64,000 nt of DNA from an uncultured Phycisphaerales bacterium (GTDB lineage Bacteria; Planctomycetota; Phycisphaerae; Tepidisphaerales; Tepidisphaeraceae). A program made the translations under genes and the position numbers. Location of the stretch: assembly GCA_963755915.1 (NCBI GenBank), contig CAVWLP010000001.1, positions 1 through 64,000 on the forward strand, written 5' to 3'. Within the stretch, counting starts at the first letter, position 1. The number at the start of each line of letters is the position of its first letter. Shown here piece after piece: positions 1 to 9,646 of this stretch. Below the pieces are notes generated by a model. It did no database searches, was not told the origin of the DNA, and worked only from the letters and a program-made list of their open reading frames with translations.

Positions 1-162
1 ACCGTAACGGTAATGCTTCCCGTGGCGTCGCTCGGCTGCGTGGCGGCCGAGCGCGCTGGGCTGCGTACTGGCCGCATCATCCGCCCGAACCGAGCGGGAC
101 GCGAAAAATCCCAGGGCCAGGACCGTCAACGTCAGCGCCGCTTTATTCATCCATCGAGTCAT
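1..162 (-). CDS. Secreted protein, N-terminal fragment (runs off left edge)
   Basis: ATG at 162 with GGAGG RBS. Reads MTRWMNKAALTLTVLALGFFASRSVRADDAASTQPS: signal peptide plus the 'TQP' linker common in Phycisphaerae secreted proteins. Probable frameshift near 50. Confidence 0.6.
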   Translation of the reverse strand, partial: MTRWMNKAALTLTVLALGFFASRSVRADDAASTQPSALGRHAAERRHGKHYRYG

Positions 163-214
163 AAAAGGTGACCTCCAGAACCCGGATTTTGGGCATAAAC
201 GAAGTTTTGTCAAC

Positions 215-244
215 AAAAAAGCCCCGGTTTCACCAACCGGGGCT
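215..244 (-). terminator. Rho-independent terminator of the porin gene
   Basis: Stem GCCCCGGTT/AACCGGGGC followed by a T-run on the minus strand, ~30 bp after the porin stop. Confidence 0.8.
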
Positions 245-274
245 GCGAAGGTTTCAGAGAATCGACCGGCTGAC

Positions 275-1646
275 TTAGAACTGCATGATCACGTCAAACG
301 CGGCCGTCAGCTCGCTGTATTCCGGCTTATAGCTGGTGTCGAACACCGGACGGTCCGCAATCGCCGCGAAGTTCCGGGCGAATCTGCAACCACTGGAAGA
401 TAGGGTCATTCGGCAGCGGGTGAATCTGGACACCGAGGGTAAGCTCGCCGTAGTTAGCCTGGTTGCCTGTCGTGGCCGCACCCTGGTCGCGATACCACTC
501 GATTCGGAGATTCGGGGTGAACATCCCGTTGATCTTGTAAGAGACATACCCAACCGCCCCATACCACTGGGCGGCCTTGCCCGCATTCAAGGCGGAGTCG
601 CCCGGCGCATCCACGTACAGGAAGTCGCCGGTGATCGTCAACTGATCAGACACCGTCCACGAAGGAATCGCTTCGATCGCCGTCCAGTAGTCCGATGAGT
701 TGTTCGTCGCTTCCGGGCCTTCTTCAAGATTGACGGTCAACGCCACCGAGCTGGTGATGCTTCCCTTCATCTCGGCCAGGAAGTCGATATCGCCGTTGTT
801 GTTCCGAAGGCTCTGATTCCAACCTTCGGTGATGCCGCCGTTGATCGTCCAGTCATTGCCGTTGATCAGCTTCGACAGCGTATACAGGCCCATGATCCCG
901 GTGTTCGTCGCCGGAATGCCGTAGAAGAAGTTATAGCTATGCGTAAAGAACGCATTGCCCAACGGACTGATCACTTCGTTGCCGAGCAGCGCCACGAACT
1001 TGCCGGCGGTGATCGTCAGACCGGTGCCAAGCGGCACCAGCAGCGACACGTTCGCCTGCAGGATGTCGTACTGGTTCTGCGGATCGTTCGGCGGCCGATT
1101 GTCGAGCAAGCCGTGCGAGTGCGTATACGAATCGTCGGTGCCGTACCCGTTTTCAAACAGGAATCCCCAGTCCCATTTCTTGGTCGTGTCCACCGTCTTC
1201 TCGAGCGTGAGGTCGAGCTGATCGAGGAGGAACCGATTGCTGTATGCTCCGGGGAAGGTGACGTATGTGGGGGAATCGCCTTTGGGGCCCGTGCCAAGGT
1301 TCGGATTGTTCGTGTCGTAGAAATATCCGCCTTCGACAAAGCCCGTGATGTTGAACTTATTGTTCGACAACCACGTCCCGACGCCCGTGTTGCCGATGAG
1401 ATACATCAAAGGCGTCGAAGTCGTCAACGCCGGCGCCGATGCCGGCGCCGCTGGCGCAGTCGATGCCTCTGTTGACGGGGCCGTTGTGTCGTCGAGCGTC
1501 ACCGGATTAACAACCGGAGTGCTCAAGGCAATCTGGGATGGATCGGCTGACTGCCCCCCATTCAACTGACCGTCATCCGCCATTGCGTAAGATCCCAAAG
1601 CCAGCACCGCAACTGCAGCTGCGCTGGCCAAACGTTTCAGTGACAT
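275..1646 (-). CDS. Outer-membrane beta-barrel porin (BBP2/OmpL-like, DUF1597 type), frameshift near 355
   Basis: Signal peptide MSLKRLAS...AMA. Motifs LDQLDL, AGKFVALLGNEVI, N-x-FFTHSY, RIEWYRD, IRPELRGD. C-terminus in the other frame ends ...FDVIMQF with the terminal Phe typical of OMPs. Confidence 0.8.
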
Positions 1647-1710
1647 GATCGATGTCTCCTTCCTTCGTGGAGTAAATGCGCGGCGTTTGCCCGTCTGATT
1701 TGAGTGCAGG

Positions 1711-1725
1711 GCAAAATGAGTGCCA
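1711..1725 (-). promoter_or_regulatory. Sigma54 (-24/-12) promoter of the porin gene
   Basis: TGGCAC-TCATT-TTGC on the minus strand matches TGGCAC-N5-TTGC exactly, ~65 bp upstream of the start codon. Confidence 0.7.
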
Positions 1726-1939
1726 TAATCCGCGTACAGGCGAGTTTTTGAACGCCCGCGATGATACCACGGCAAATCCGGGGATTCGCAATTGAGGGGG
1801 AGATATCGACAGGTGCCTAACGTCTAGGCATCCCCGGCAAAACGTAACTTTTCGTGCCGGGAATGATGGCTCTAACGACTTTTCCCATTTTCTCATCCCC
1901 AATGTTGGTATTCACAAACGACGCCAACACCCCTTCAGA

Positions 1940-2740
1940 CTACGCCTCTTTCGTCCGCCGATACGCCGCCGGCGACATCCCCGTGAACCGCTTGAACTGC
2001 CGGGAGAAAAAGAAGATATCGCCATACCCCAGCCGCTGCGAAACCGTCTTGATCGGCAGGTCCGTCGCCCCCAGCAAATGCCGTGCATGCCCGATCCGGC
2101 AGCCAATTGCATACGCTTGCGGCGACGTGCCCATTGCCTCCGCAAACCGTCGGCGAAAACTGCGCGTCGACATCCCCGCCTCCCGTGCCATCTTGCCGTA
2201 GTCAACCTGTGCCCCCAGCACGTTAATCGCCGCTAACCCCCCTTCCAGCCATTCCGGAATACTCGTCGGCTTCGCCCGGGCCTCAGCAAGTTCCGTCAGA
2301 ATCGTCTCCAGCATCAACATCGCCCGCGCGTTTCCCCACCGGTCCCCCCGCCGCGACAGCGCCAGCATCTCATCAAACCTCCCGGAATAATCAGCCGAAT
2401 AATCTGACCCGACCGGCGGCTGCTGCGGCGCAATCGGAAAAATCCCCTGCCCAATCCACTGCTTCACCAACGGCCCCTTAAACGCCAGATACCGGTGCAC
2501 CCACGTCTTCCCCTCCCCCGCCGCATGAAAGCTGATTCGCGGTCCCGGATAGCTCGACCAGAACCATCTCCCCCCCAGCCGATACACCTGCGAATCCACC
2601 CGCAGTTCGATCTCCCCCCCATCCATAAACTGAAGCACGTAGTAATCCTCAAAATACTTGTCGATGTCGTGGCTGCATTCCGGCACAAACTGCCCGAAAA
2701 GAAATTGAATGGAGCGGCGCATAATGGCCGTATAGTACAA
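1940..2740 (-). CDS. AraC family transcriptional regulator
   Basis: C-terminal double HTH (MSTRSFRRRF...LGYGDIFFFSRQFKRFTGMSPAAYR) and N-terminal cupin-like ligand domain. Divergent from the sugar operon. Start may be 2722. Confidence 0.9.
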   Translation of the reverse strand: MYYTAIMRRSIQFLFGQFVPECSHDIDKYFEDYYVLQFMDGGEIELRVDSQVYRLGGRWFWSSYPGPRISFHAAGEGKTWVHRYLAFKGPLVKQWIGQGIFPIAPQQPPVGSDYSADYSGRFDEMLALSRRGDRWGNARAMLMLETILTELAEARAKPTSIPEWLEGGLAAINVLGAQVDYGKMAREAGMSTRSFRRRFAEAMGTSPQAYAIGCRIGHARHLLGATDLPIKTVSQRLGYGDIFFFSRQFKRFTGMSPAAYRRTKEA

Positions 2741-2884
2741 AAGATGGCTATTAAATCCATACTTCAGCAGTTATTTCGACTGTAATGTATGGCCGCAGAG
2801 TACAGATCAATTCGTATAGCCGGCGAGCTTGCTCGTCGTGAGTCGGTCGAACAGCCGGCCGCGTCTCTCACATCAGGAGCAAAA

Positions 2885-4039
2885 ATGGAAACCCATCGCG
2901 TCGGGATCATCATGAACGGCGTCACCGGACGCATGGGCACCAACCAGCACCTCGAACGCTCCATCATCGCCATCCGAAAACAGGGCGGCGTCAAAATCGG
3001 CCCCAGCGACCGTCATCATGCCCGACCCCATTCTCGTCGGCCGCAACGCCGACAAGCTGAAACAACTCTCCGAACGCCACGGCGGAATCGCCTACTCCAC
3101 CGATCTTGCCTCCGCTTCTCGCAAGATCCCAAATATCCCGTCTATTTCGACGCCCAGACCACCCCCCTCCGCTTTGACGCCGCTTCCAAAGCCATCGCCG
3201 CCGGCAAGCACCTCTACTGCGAAAAGCCCGTCGCCTCCACCAGCGCCGAAGCCATGCAGCTCGTCAAAAAAGCCGAAGCCGCCGGCGTCAAAAACGGCGT
3301 CGTCCAGGACAAGCTCTGGCTGCCCGGAATGCGCAAGCTCAAACACCTCATCGACACCGGCTTCTTCGGCAGAATCCTCTCCGTCCGCGGCGAGTTCGGC
3401 TACTGGGTCTTCACCGGCGAAGACCAGCCCGCCCAGCGCCCGAGCTGGAACTACCGCAAGGAAGACGGCGGCGGAATCATCATCGACATGCTCTGCCACT
3501 GGCGATACGTCATCGACAATCTCTTCGGCAACGTCAAGGCGTCTCCTGCCTCGGCGCGACCCACATCGACCAGCGCGTCGACGAGGACGGCAAGCCGCTA
3601 CAAATGCACCGCCGACGACTCCGCCTACGCCACCTTCGATCACCGAAAACGGACATCGTCTGCCATTTCAATTCCTCCTGGTGCGTGCGCGTGCGCCGCG
3701 ACGACCTGCTGACGCTGCAGGTCGACGGCACCAACGGCTCCGCCGTCGCCGGCCTGCGCGAATGCCGCATCCAGCACGCCTGCGACACCCCCAGGCCCGT
3801 CTGGAACCCGGACATCGACAGCCCCATCGACTTCTACGACGGCTGGCCCACGGTGCCCGACGAACCAGCATTACGACAACGCCTTCAAGGTCCAGTGGGA
3901 ACTGTTCCTCCGCCACGTCGTCCTCGGCGAGCCGTTCCGCTGGACCCTCCGCGAAGGCGCCAAAGGCGTGCAGCTTGCCGAGCTGGGGATCGAATCCTGG
4001 AAACAGCGCAAGTGGATTGACATCCCGGCGCTTGCCTGA
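2885..4039 (+). CDS. Gfo/Idh/MocA family oxidoreductase (several frameshifts)
   Basis: GIIMNGVTGRMG Rossmann start, YCEKP motif, RPSWNYRKEDGGGIIIDMLCHW. Homologous sequence continues across frames to ...WIDIPALA* at 4039. Confidence 0.85.
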
Positions 4040-4048
4040 TCTGCTGCG

Positions 4049-4106
4049 CGAAATTCGAAATTCGAAACTCGAATGACGAATCAAACTCGAAACTCGAAAC
4101 CCGAAA
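4049..4106 (+). repeat. Short tandem heptamer repeat (CGAAA[T/C]T-like units)
   Basis: cgaaatt cgaaatt cgaaact cgaatga cgaat caaact cgaaact cgaaacc cgaaa, between and overlapping two genes. Confidence 0.7.
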
Positions 4107-4933
4107 ACATCTCCGCGGCCCCCCTATCGCGCCTCTGCATCCACACGATCACCACCAAACCCCTATCCCTTCCACAAGCCATCGACGCCTACCGCCTCGC
4201 GAACGTCGCCGGCATCACCGTCTGGCGCGATGCCCTCCAGCCCCAGGGCGTCAAAGAATCCGCCAAACTTCTCGCCGATTCCGGCCTCAAAGTCGTCAGT
4301 CTCTGCCGGGGCGGATTCTTCCCCGGCAAAACCCCCGCCGACCGCCAGAAAGCCATCGACGAAAACCGCGCCATCATCGACGAAGCCGCCGCCATCTCCG
4401 CCCCTCTCGTCGTCCTCGTCTGCGGCGCCGTCCCCGGCATCCCCCTGGCCGAAGCCCGCAAGCAAATCGCCGAAGGCATCGCCGCCTGCGCCTCTCACGC
4501 CGCCGCCGCCGGCGTTAAGCTCGGCATCGAACCCCTCCACCCCATGTACGCCGGCGACCGCAGCGCCATCAACACCCTCGCCCAGGCCAACGATATCGTC
4601 GAGCAACTCCGCTCCCCCGCCGTCGGCGTCACCATCGACGTCTATCACCTCTGGTGGGACGACCAGCTCCAAACCCAAATCCAACGCTCCGGCAAGCTCA
4701 ACGCCATCTTCTCCTACCACATCTGCGACTGGCGAAACCCCACCCGCGATCTCCTCCTCGATCGAGCCCTCATGGGCGACGGCTGCATCCCCCTCCGCCA
4801 GATCCGCTCCTGGGTCGACGCCGCGGGCTTCACCGGCATGATCGAAGTCGAAATCTTCTCCACCGAGCTCTGGAAAATGGATCAGCTCGAATTCGTCGGT
4901 AAAATCAAATCCCGCTACCTGGAGCATGCGTGA
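4073..4933 (+). CDS. Sugar phosphate isomerase/epimerase (AP endonuclease 2 TIM barrel, IolE-like)
   Basis: Metal-binding motifs IEPLHP, DVYH, HICDW, DRALMGDG, EVE. Confidence 0.85.
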   Translation: MTNQTRNSKPENISAAPLSRLCIHTITTKPLSLPQAIDAYRLANVAGITVWRDALQPQGVKESAKLLADSGLKVVSLCRGGFFPGKTPADRQKAIDENRAIIDEAAAISAPLVVLVCGAVPGIPLAEARKQIAEGIAACASHAAAAGVKLGIEPLHPMYAGDRSAINTLAQANDIVEQLRSPAVGVTIDVYHLWWDDQLQTQIQRSGKLNAIFSYHICDWRNPTRDLLLDRALMGDGCIPLRQIRSWVDAAGFTGMIEVEIFSTELWKMDQLEFVGKIKSRYLEHA

Positions 4934-6273
4934 AGATCGACGAGAAATTAACCGCTGCCGATCTCGCCAAGCCCGCCGCAAAAGTCCTCGAGCTCGCCGG
5001 CGAGAAAGCCCGCACCCTCCACCGCACCTGGGACCCCTCTCGCGGCACCCCCGTCTTCACGGCCGCCGGAAAATTTACCACCCGCGGCTGGACCGAATGG
5101 ACCCAGGGATTCCAATTTGGCATCCCCATCCTGGCCTTCGACGCCACCGGCGAGCCCGACCTTCTCCAAATCGGCCGCACCGCCACTCTCAAGTACATGG
5201 CCCCCCACGTCTCCCACGTCGGCGTCCACGATCACGGATTCAACAACCTCTCCACCTACGGAAACCTCCGCCGCCTCATGCGCGATGGCCGCATCCCCCG
5301 CAACGACTGGGAAATCGCCTTCTACGAGCTCGCCATCATAACCAGCGGCGCCGTCCAGGCCGCCCGATGGGTCTCCACCGACGACGGCGGCGGCTATATC
5401 TACTCCTTCAACGGTCCCCACTCCCTCTTCATCGACACCATCCGATCCTTGCGGATTCTCGCCCTCGCCCATCAGCTCGGCCACGTCCTCATGGCCGAAA
5501 ACGACGCCAAAATTTCCCTCCTCTCCCGCCTCCTTCAGCACGCGAAAACCACCGCGAAATTTAACGTCTATTACGGCAATAATCGCGACGCCTACGACCT
5601 CCCCGGCCGCGTCGCCCACGAAGCCATCTTCAACCGCAACGACGGCCGCTTCCGCTGCCCCAATTCCCAGCAGGGCTATTCCCCGTTTTCCACCTGGACC
5701 CGCGGCCTCGCCTGGGCCATCCTCGGTTTCTCCGAACAACTCGAATTTCTCCACGAAATCAACTCCCCCGAAAAATCATTCGAAGAAGCCGCCATCGCCA
5801 CGGCCGATTTCTACATCCACCACGCGACCGCCGCGGATGGAATCCCCTACTGGGACACCGGCGCGCCGAATCTCCATCGACTTGGCGACTGGCAATCGCA
5901 CCCCGCCGAACCGTTCAACGACCACGAACCCGTAGATTCCAGCGCCGCCGCCATCGCCGCGCAGGGCCTCCTGCGACTCGGAAAATTCCTCACCAACCCC
6001 GCTCAGAGAAAAAGGTATATCAATGCCGGCCTCACCGTGGCCAAAACCCTGTTCACAGCCGGCTATCTCGCCGAATCGACCGATCACGAAGGTCTGATCC
6101 TCCATTCGATTTACCATCGCCCCAATGGCTGGGACTACGTTCCCCCCGGCAAAAAAATCCCCAGCGGCGAATCCAGCATGTGGGGCGACTATCACGCCGC
6201 CGAACTCGCCCTCTATCTCCAACGCCTTGCCCCCGGCAATAGATATCTCACCTTCTTCGATGCGAAAGATTGA
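4930..6273 (+). CDS. Glycoside hydrolase family 88-like (unsaturated glucuronyl hydrolase-like)
   Basis: WTQGF, HDHGF, FIDTI, STWTRGLAW, PYWD, DSSAAAIAA, WGDY motifs of the GH88 (alpha/alpha)6 barrel. No signal peptide. Confidence 0.8.
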   Translation: MKIDEKLTAADLAKPAAKVLELAGEKARTLHRTWDPSRGTPVFTAAGKFTTRGWTEWTQGFQFGIPILAFDATGEPDLLQIGRTATLKYMAPHVSHVGVHDHGFNNLSTYGNLRRLMRDGRIPRNDWEIAFYELAIITSGAVQAARWVSTDDGGGYIYSFNGPHSLFIDTIRSLRILALAHQLGHVLMAENDAKISLLSRLLQHAKTTAKFNVYYGNNRDAYDLPGRVAHEAIFNRNDGRFRCPNSQQGYSPFSTWTRGLAWAILGFSEQLEFLHEINSPEKSFEEAAIATADFYIHHATAADGIPYWDTGAPNLHRLGDWQSHPAEPFNDHEPVDSSAAAIAAQGLLRLGKFLTNPAQRKRYINAGLTVAKTLFTAGYLAESTDHEGLILHSIYHRPNGWDYVPPGKKIPSGESSMWGDYHAAELALYLQRLAPGNRYLTFFDAKD

Positions 6274-6276
6274 CTG

Positions 6277-7059
6277 ATGCCAAATTCCAAAAAAGTCGCT
6301 CTGGTCACCGGCGGATCACGTGGAATCGGTCTTGGCATCGCAAAAGCCCTGGCCGCTGCCGGCTTCGACCTCACCATCAACGGCCGCCGCGATGCCAGTG
6401 ACGTCGCTCCAGTGATCGCCGATCTCCAATCCGCCGGCGCCAAGGTCCTTTACCTCCAGGCCGACGTCTCCGATCGCGCTTTGCGCGGCGAAATGATTAC
6501 CCACATCGAAAAAGCTTATGGCCGCCTCGACGTCCTGGTAAACAACGCCGGCGTCGCCCCCGATATCCGCGCCGACATCCTCGACGCCGGCGAAGAAAGC
6601 TTCGACCGCCTGGTCTCAATCAATTTGAAAGGCCCTTATTTCCTCACCCAGCAGGTCGCCCGCTGGATGGTCCGCCAGCGCGAATCGGCCGGAAATTCCT
6701 GGCGCGGGTGCATCATCAACATCTCCTCGGTGAGCGCCACCGTCGCTTCCGTCAACCGCGGCGACTACTGCATCACCAAGGCCGGCATCGCCATGGCGTC
6801 CCAGCTCTGGGCCGCGCGACTGGCCGAATTCAACATCGACGTTTACGAAATCCGGCCGGGTGTCATCGCTACTGACATGACGGCTGCCGTTACGGAAAAA
6901 TATGACCGGCTCATTGCCGCCGGCCTCACCATCGAAAAACGCTGGGGAACGCCGGAAGATGTAGGCCGCGCCGCGGCCGTGCTGGCCAAGGGGGAACTTT
7001 CCTACGCCACCGGACAGGTCCTCCACATCGACGGCGGCATGACCGTCGCTCGCCTCTAG
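6277..7059 (+). CDS. Short-chain dehydrogenase/reductase (3-ketoacyl-ACP reductase-like)
   Basis: TGGSRGIG, NNAG, YCITK (YxxxK), PGVIAT, IDGG. Confidence 0.9.
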   Translation: MPNSKKVALVTGGSRGIGLGIAKALAAAGFDLTINGRRDASDVAPVIADLQSAGAKVLYLQADVSDRALRGEMITHIEKAYGRLDVLVNNAGVAPDIRADILDAGEESFDRLVSINLKGPYFLTQQVARWMVRQRESAGNSWRGCIINISSVSATVASVNRGDYCITKAGIAMASQLWAARLAEFNIDVYEIRPGVIATDMTAAVTEKYDRLIAAGLTIEKRWGTPEDVGRAAAVLAKGELSYATGQVLHIDGGMTVARL

Positions 7060-7072
7060 CCGCGGATCACCG

Positions 7073-8767
7073 TCAGTCCAGTATGCCGATGATGAATGCC
7101 TGGTCGTTCACCGACCAATACGCCTGCACCACCTGGCCGTTCAATACCGTCTGATCGAATTGGGCTTCAAAATCGCCCATGAACCCGCTGAACGGTCCCC
7201 CCGTCGACCACAAACCGCCTGACTCCGTCGTCCAATTCGGCGCGCCGTTTGGATACGGGTCCGTCATCGTGTCCGACAACTGCTGGCTGACGTTCAACGT
7301 CACGGCCCCGATTTGCCCGCTGTTGTAAATCCACGCGTAATCGAAATAGCCGTTGTTCGGGTTGTAACTGTTGTGGAAGCTCTGGGTGCCATAGTTGGCT
7401 TCAGTGATTCCGGGCGGCGTGATCACCAGATATACCGCGCCCGAATCCGAACCGTGCTGGCCCGCCTGCGGCCAGTTCTGGTTTAAAATCGTCGTCACCA
7501 GCACGTTTATCAACGCAGTCCCGCTGAAATTATTCGCAGGATCACTAGTCGTGTACTGCGCGGAGCCGGCGATATGCGCCGTGTTCGATGCGCCGTACTG
7601 CGTCAACCCGCCAAAATAGCCGCTGCCGAGAATCGCACTGATCGAAGTCGTCACTCCCAACATTGACGGCGAATTTAGCAAATTATTCCACGCAGAGCCC
7701 CAGTAGATGAGGTAGACCGGCACGTTACCGGTCAGTTCCGTCCCGGAGGTCGAACCCGACGTGGATTCGATTCCGTAGATCGGCTCGAACACCAAATTTG
7801 TATCCGTGCCGTTATACGTGTCGAATACCACCGTTCCCCCATACCCCGGAGCGCTCGCCGCTCGAAGCTCCAATCCAAAGGTTGAATCGATAACGTCGCT
7901 TTCCTTCAATCCGCTCGTGTATCCGTTTCCTCCGTAGGAGCTGCACCAGACCTGCGTCGTTCCAGTCGGAATGTAATAGGCGTTGCCCGCCGCGTCGGCT
8001 GCGAATGCCTGAATCGTGCCCGAAGAGATCTGATAGGTCCCCAGCGTATTGGTGAGATAGAGCATATTGCTCACCGAATCCCAATAGTAAGCGCTGCCGG
8101 CGCTGGACATACCGAATCCCGAGATCGGATTTCCGTTGTTCAGCGCCACCTGGGCCTGGTATTGGGTGTTGATGTAAAAGTCCCCGCCGACTTCCCAGTA
8201 ATATCCCGACCCGTCCGAGCGCATGCCGAAGCCCTGAATCGGATTCGCGTCGATCGTCTGGAAGCCCGTTACCGTATTCAAAAACAGTTCGTTCGTAGCC
8301 CCATCCCAGAAATACCCCGCGCCGTCGCTGCGAACTCCGAACGCTTTGATCGGGTTCTGATCGACCAGCGCATTGCCGCCGGAGTAATTGATGTAAAGAT
8401 GATTGTCGGCCGTGCTCCAGTAGTAACAATCCCCGTCGCTGCGAAGGCCGTAGCTGTAGACGGTCGCGATCGCCGTCGTCCCGCCCCCGGTGGGCAGTTC
8501 ATTGATAGAAAGCAGGTTTCCCCACTGCTCGAAATAAGCATAGCCGCTGCGCCCGACCTCAAACGAAATCACGTTTGTAGCCACCGTTTGCGATCCGTAG
8601 GTCAAAGTTCCGTTGCTCAGGGCATAACTCGAAAGCAGGAGCCGCCCTTCGAGGCTTTCGATCGTCACCCGGTTGTGATCCGCGGCTTTCCCCCGGCAAA
8701 AGCCCCGGCCCCTCGAGGAATAAAAATGACTCAACCCCGGCAGGATTTCCCGATTTACCATCTGCAC
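7073..8767 (-). CDS. LEPR-XLL-type extracellular protein with beta-propeller-like repeats
   Basis: ESLEGRLLLS motif near the N-terminus, five to six ~37-aa repeats (FGxRSDGxGYYW...NPI), Gly/Ser/Thr/Asn-rich composition. Confidence 0.75.
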   Translation of the reverse strand: MQMVNREILPGLSHFYSSRGRGFCRGKAADHNRVTIESLEGRLLLSSYALSNGTLTYGSQTVATNVISFEVGRSGYAYFEQWGNLLSINELPTGGGTTAIATVYSYGLRSDGDCYYWSTADNHLYINYSGGNALVDQNPIKAFGVRSDGAGYFWDGATNELFLNTVTGFQTIDANPIQGFGMRSDGSGYYWEVGGDFYINTQYQAQVALNNGNPISGFGMSSAGSAYYWDSVSNMLYLTNTLGTYQISSGTIQAFAADAAGNAYYIPTGTTQVWCSSYGGNGYTSGLKESDVIDSTFGLELRAASAPGYGGTVVFDTYNGTDTNLVFEPIYGIESTSGSTSGTELTGNVPVYLIYWGSAWNNLLNSPSMLGVTTSISAILGSGYFGGLTQYGASNTAHIAGSAQYTTSDPANNFSGTALINVLVTTILNQNWPQAGQHGSDSGAVYLVITPPGITEANYGTQSFHNSYNPNNGYFDYAWIYNSGQIGAVTLNVSQQLSDTMTDPYPNGAPNWTTESGGLWSTGGPFSGFMGDFEAQFDQTVLNGQVVQAYWSVNDQAFIIGILD

Positions 8768-9043
8768 CTCCCAGAAGAATTAATCTGTCACGTCCCATAA
8801 TAAATCTGATAAGCCCTTCTCGCTAATGTTTCATTTGTTTGCGACAGGCATATTTTTCATTGCGCGAATTGAAGGAGTGCTTCGGATTCCTGCGGATCCC
8901 CCGCCGCGTTGGACGACAAAACCTCCAATCGCCACGTTGCCAAGAGGTTGCGACCAGGTCCGACCGCAACCTTCCCCGCACGCCCCGGACTTACTGGCAT
9001 AAGGAGCTGTCCTATGCGACGGGATGACAGTCCAAAGACTTTG

Positions 9044-9073
9044 ACTGAACAGAACTGAACAAAACTGAACACT
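9044..9073 (-). repeat. Triple 10-bp repeat, copy 1
   Basis: Reverse complement AGTGTTCAGTTTTGTTCAGTTCTGTTCAGT is 28/30 identical to 23922-23951. Confidence 0.6.
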
Positions 9074-9543
9074 TTCGAGAGTTTTGTTAGTAATTAGTAA
9101 CTTAGTCGATCGATGTATCTGTTGAGGCGGGAAGAGGTTCGCGTGAACTGCGTGCGCGGGGGACGGTGAGGCGGCAAAAATGTGTCCAGTTTATTGGGAA
9201 TTTGCGATTTCGGCTCATTGGGCTGGATTCTTGGTGGGATGGGTTAGCTACGTTTGCCGCTTTATCCCTCAAACGATATCCTTTTGCCGACAGAAAAAGA
9301 GTCAATTCTTGAGGGTTTTGCGTGATCGAGATCCGCTGCAAATCCGGCAGGGGCTGGATAACGACGCCATCGGGTTGGTTTTTGATGCGGGTTCGGGGAA
9401 TTCGAAGTGACGGATGGGTATGGATGGGTGAGGATCCAGCGTTTTTGTCGATTTCGCGAACAAATCAGCCAATTTTTTGAGGCCAAAAAAGGGGAAGCGA
9501 GGGCAGAGTTGTGACGCTGATCCTGAGCCCGTTGGATCTTCGA

Positions 9544-9620
9544 CCCCCTCGCCCGCCCTAACCTTCCCCTCTTCGAGCCTGAGCCTCAGAGCCGAAGGCC
9601 GGAGTACCAGGGAAGGAGAG
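9544..9620 (+). repeat. REP-like palindrome (CCCTAACCTTCCCC...CGGAGTACCAGGGAAGG) with a nested 27-bp hairpin
   Basis: Related to the palindrome at 16137-16180. Interrupted by CTTCGAGCCTGAGCCTCAGAGCCGAAG at 9571-9597. Confidence 0.55.
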
Positions 9621-9646
9621 AAGAGCGAAGGGGTGAATCGGCAAAC

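Noticed and set aside
2885-4039. Programmed frameshifting or true pseudogene status of the oxidoreductase and other split genes
   Set aside because: No common slippery site, and indels are scattered over many unrelated genes, so sequencing error is more parsimonious.
8994-9010. TGGCAT as a second sigma54 promoter
   Set aside because: No TTGC at the -12 position and no gene downstream on that strand.
9100-9490. Short ORFs downstream of tpsA as an immunity gene
   Set aside because: Several overlapping short frames with no RBS or codon support, not directly adjacent to the tpsA stop.
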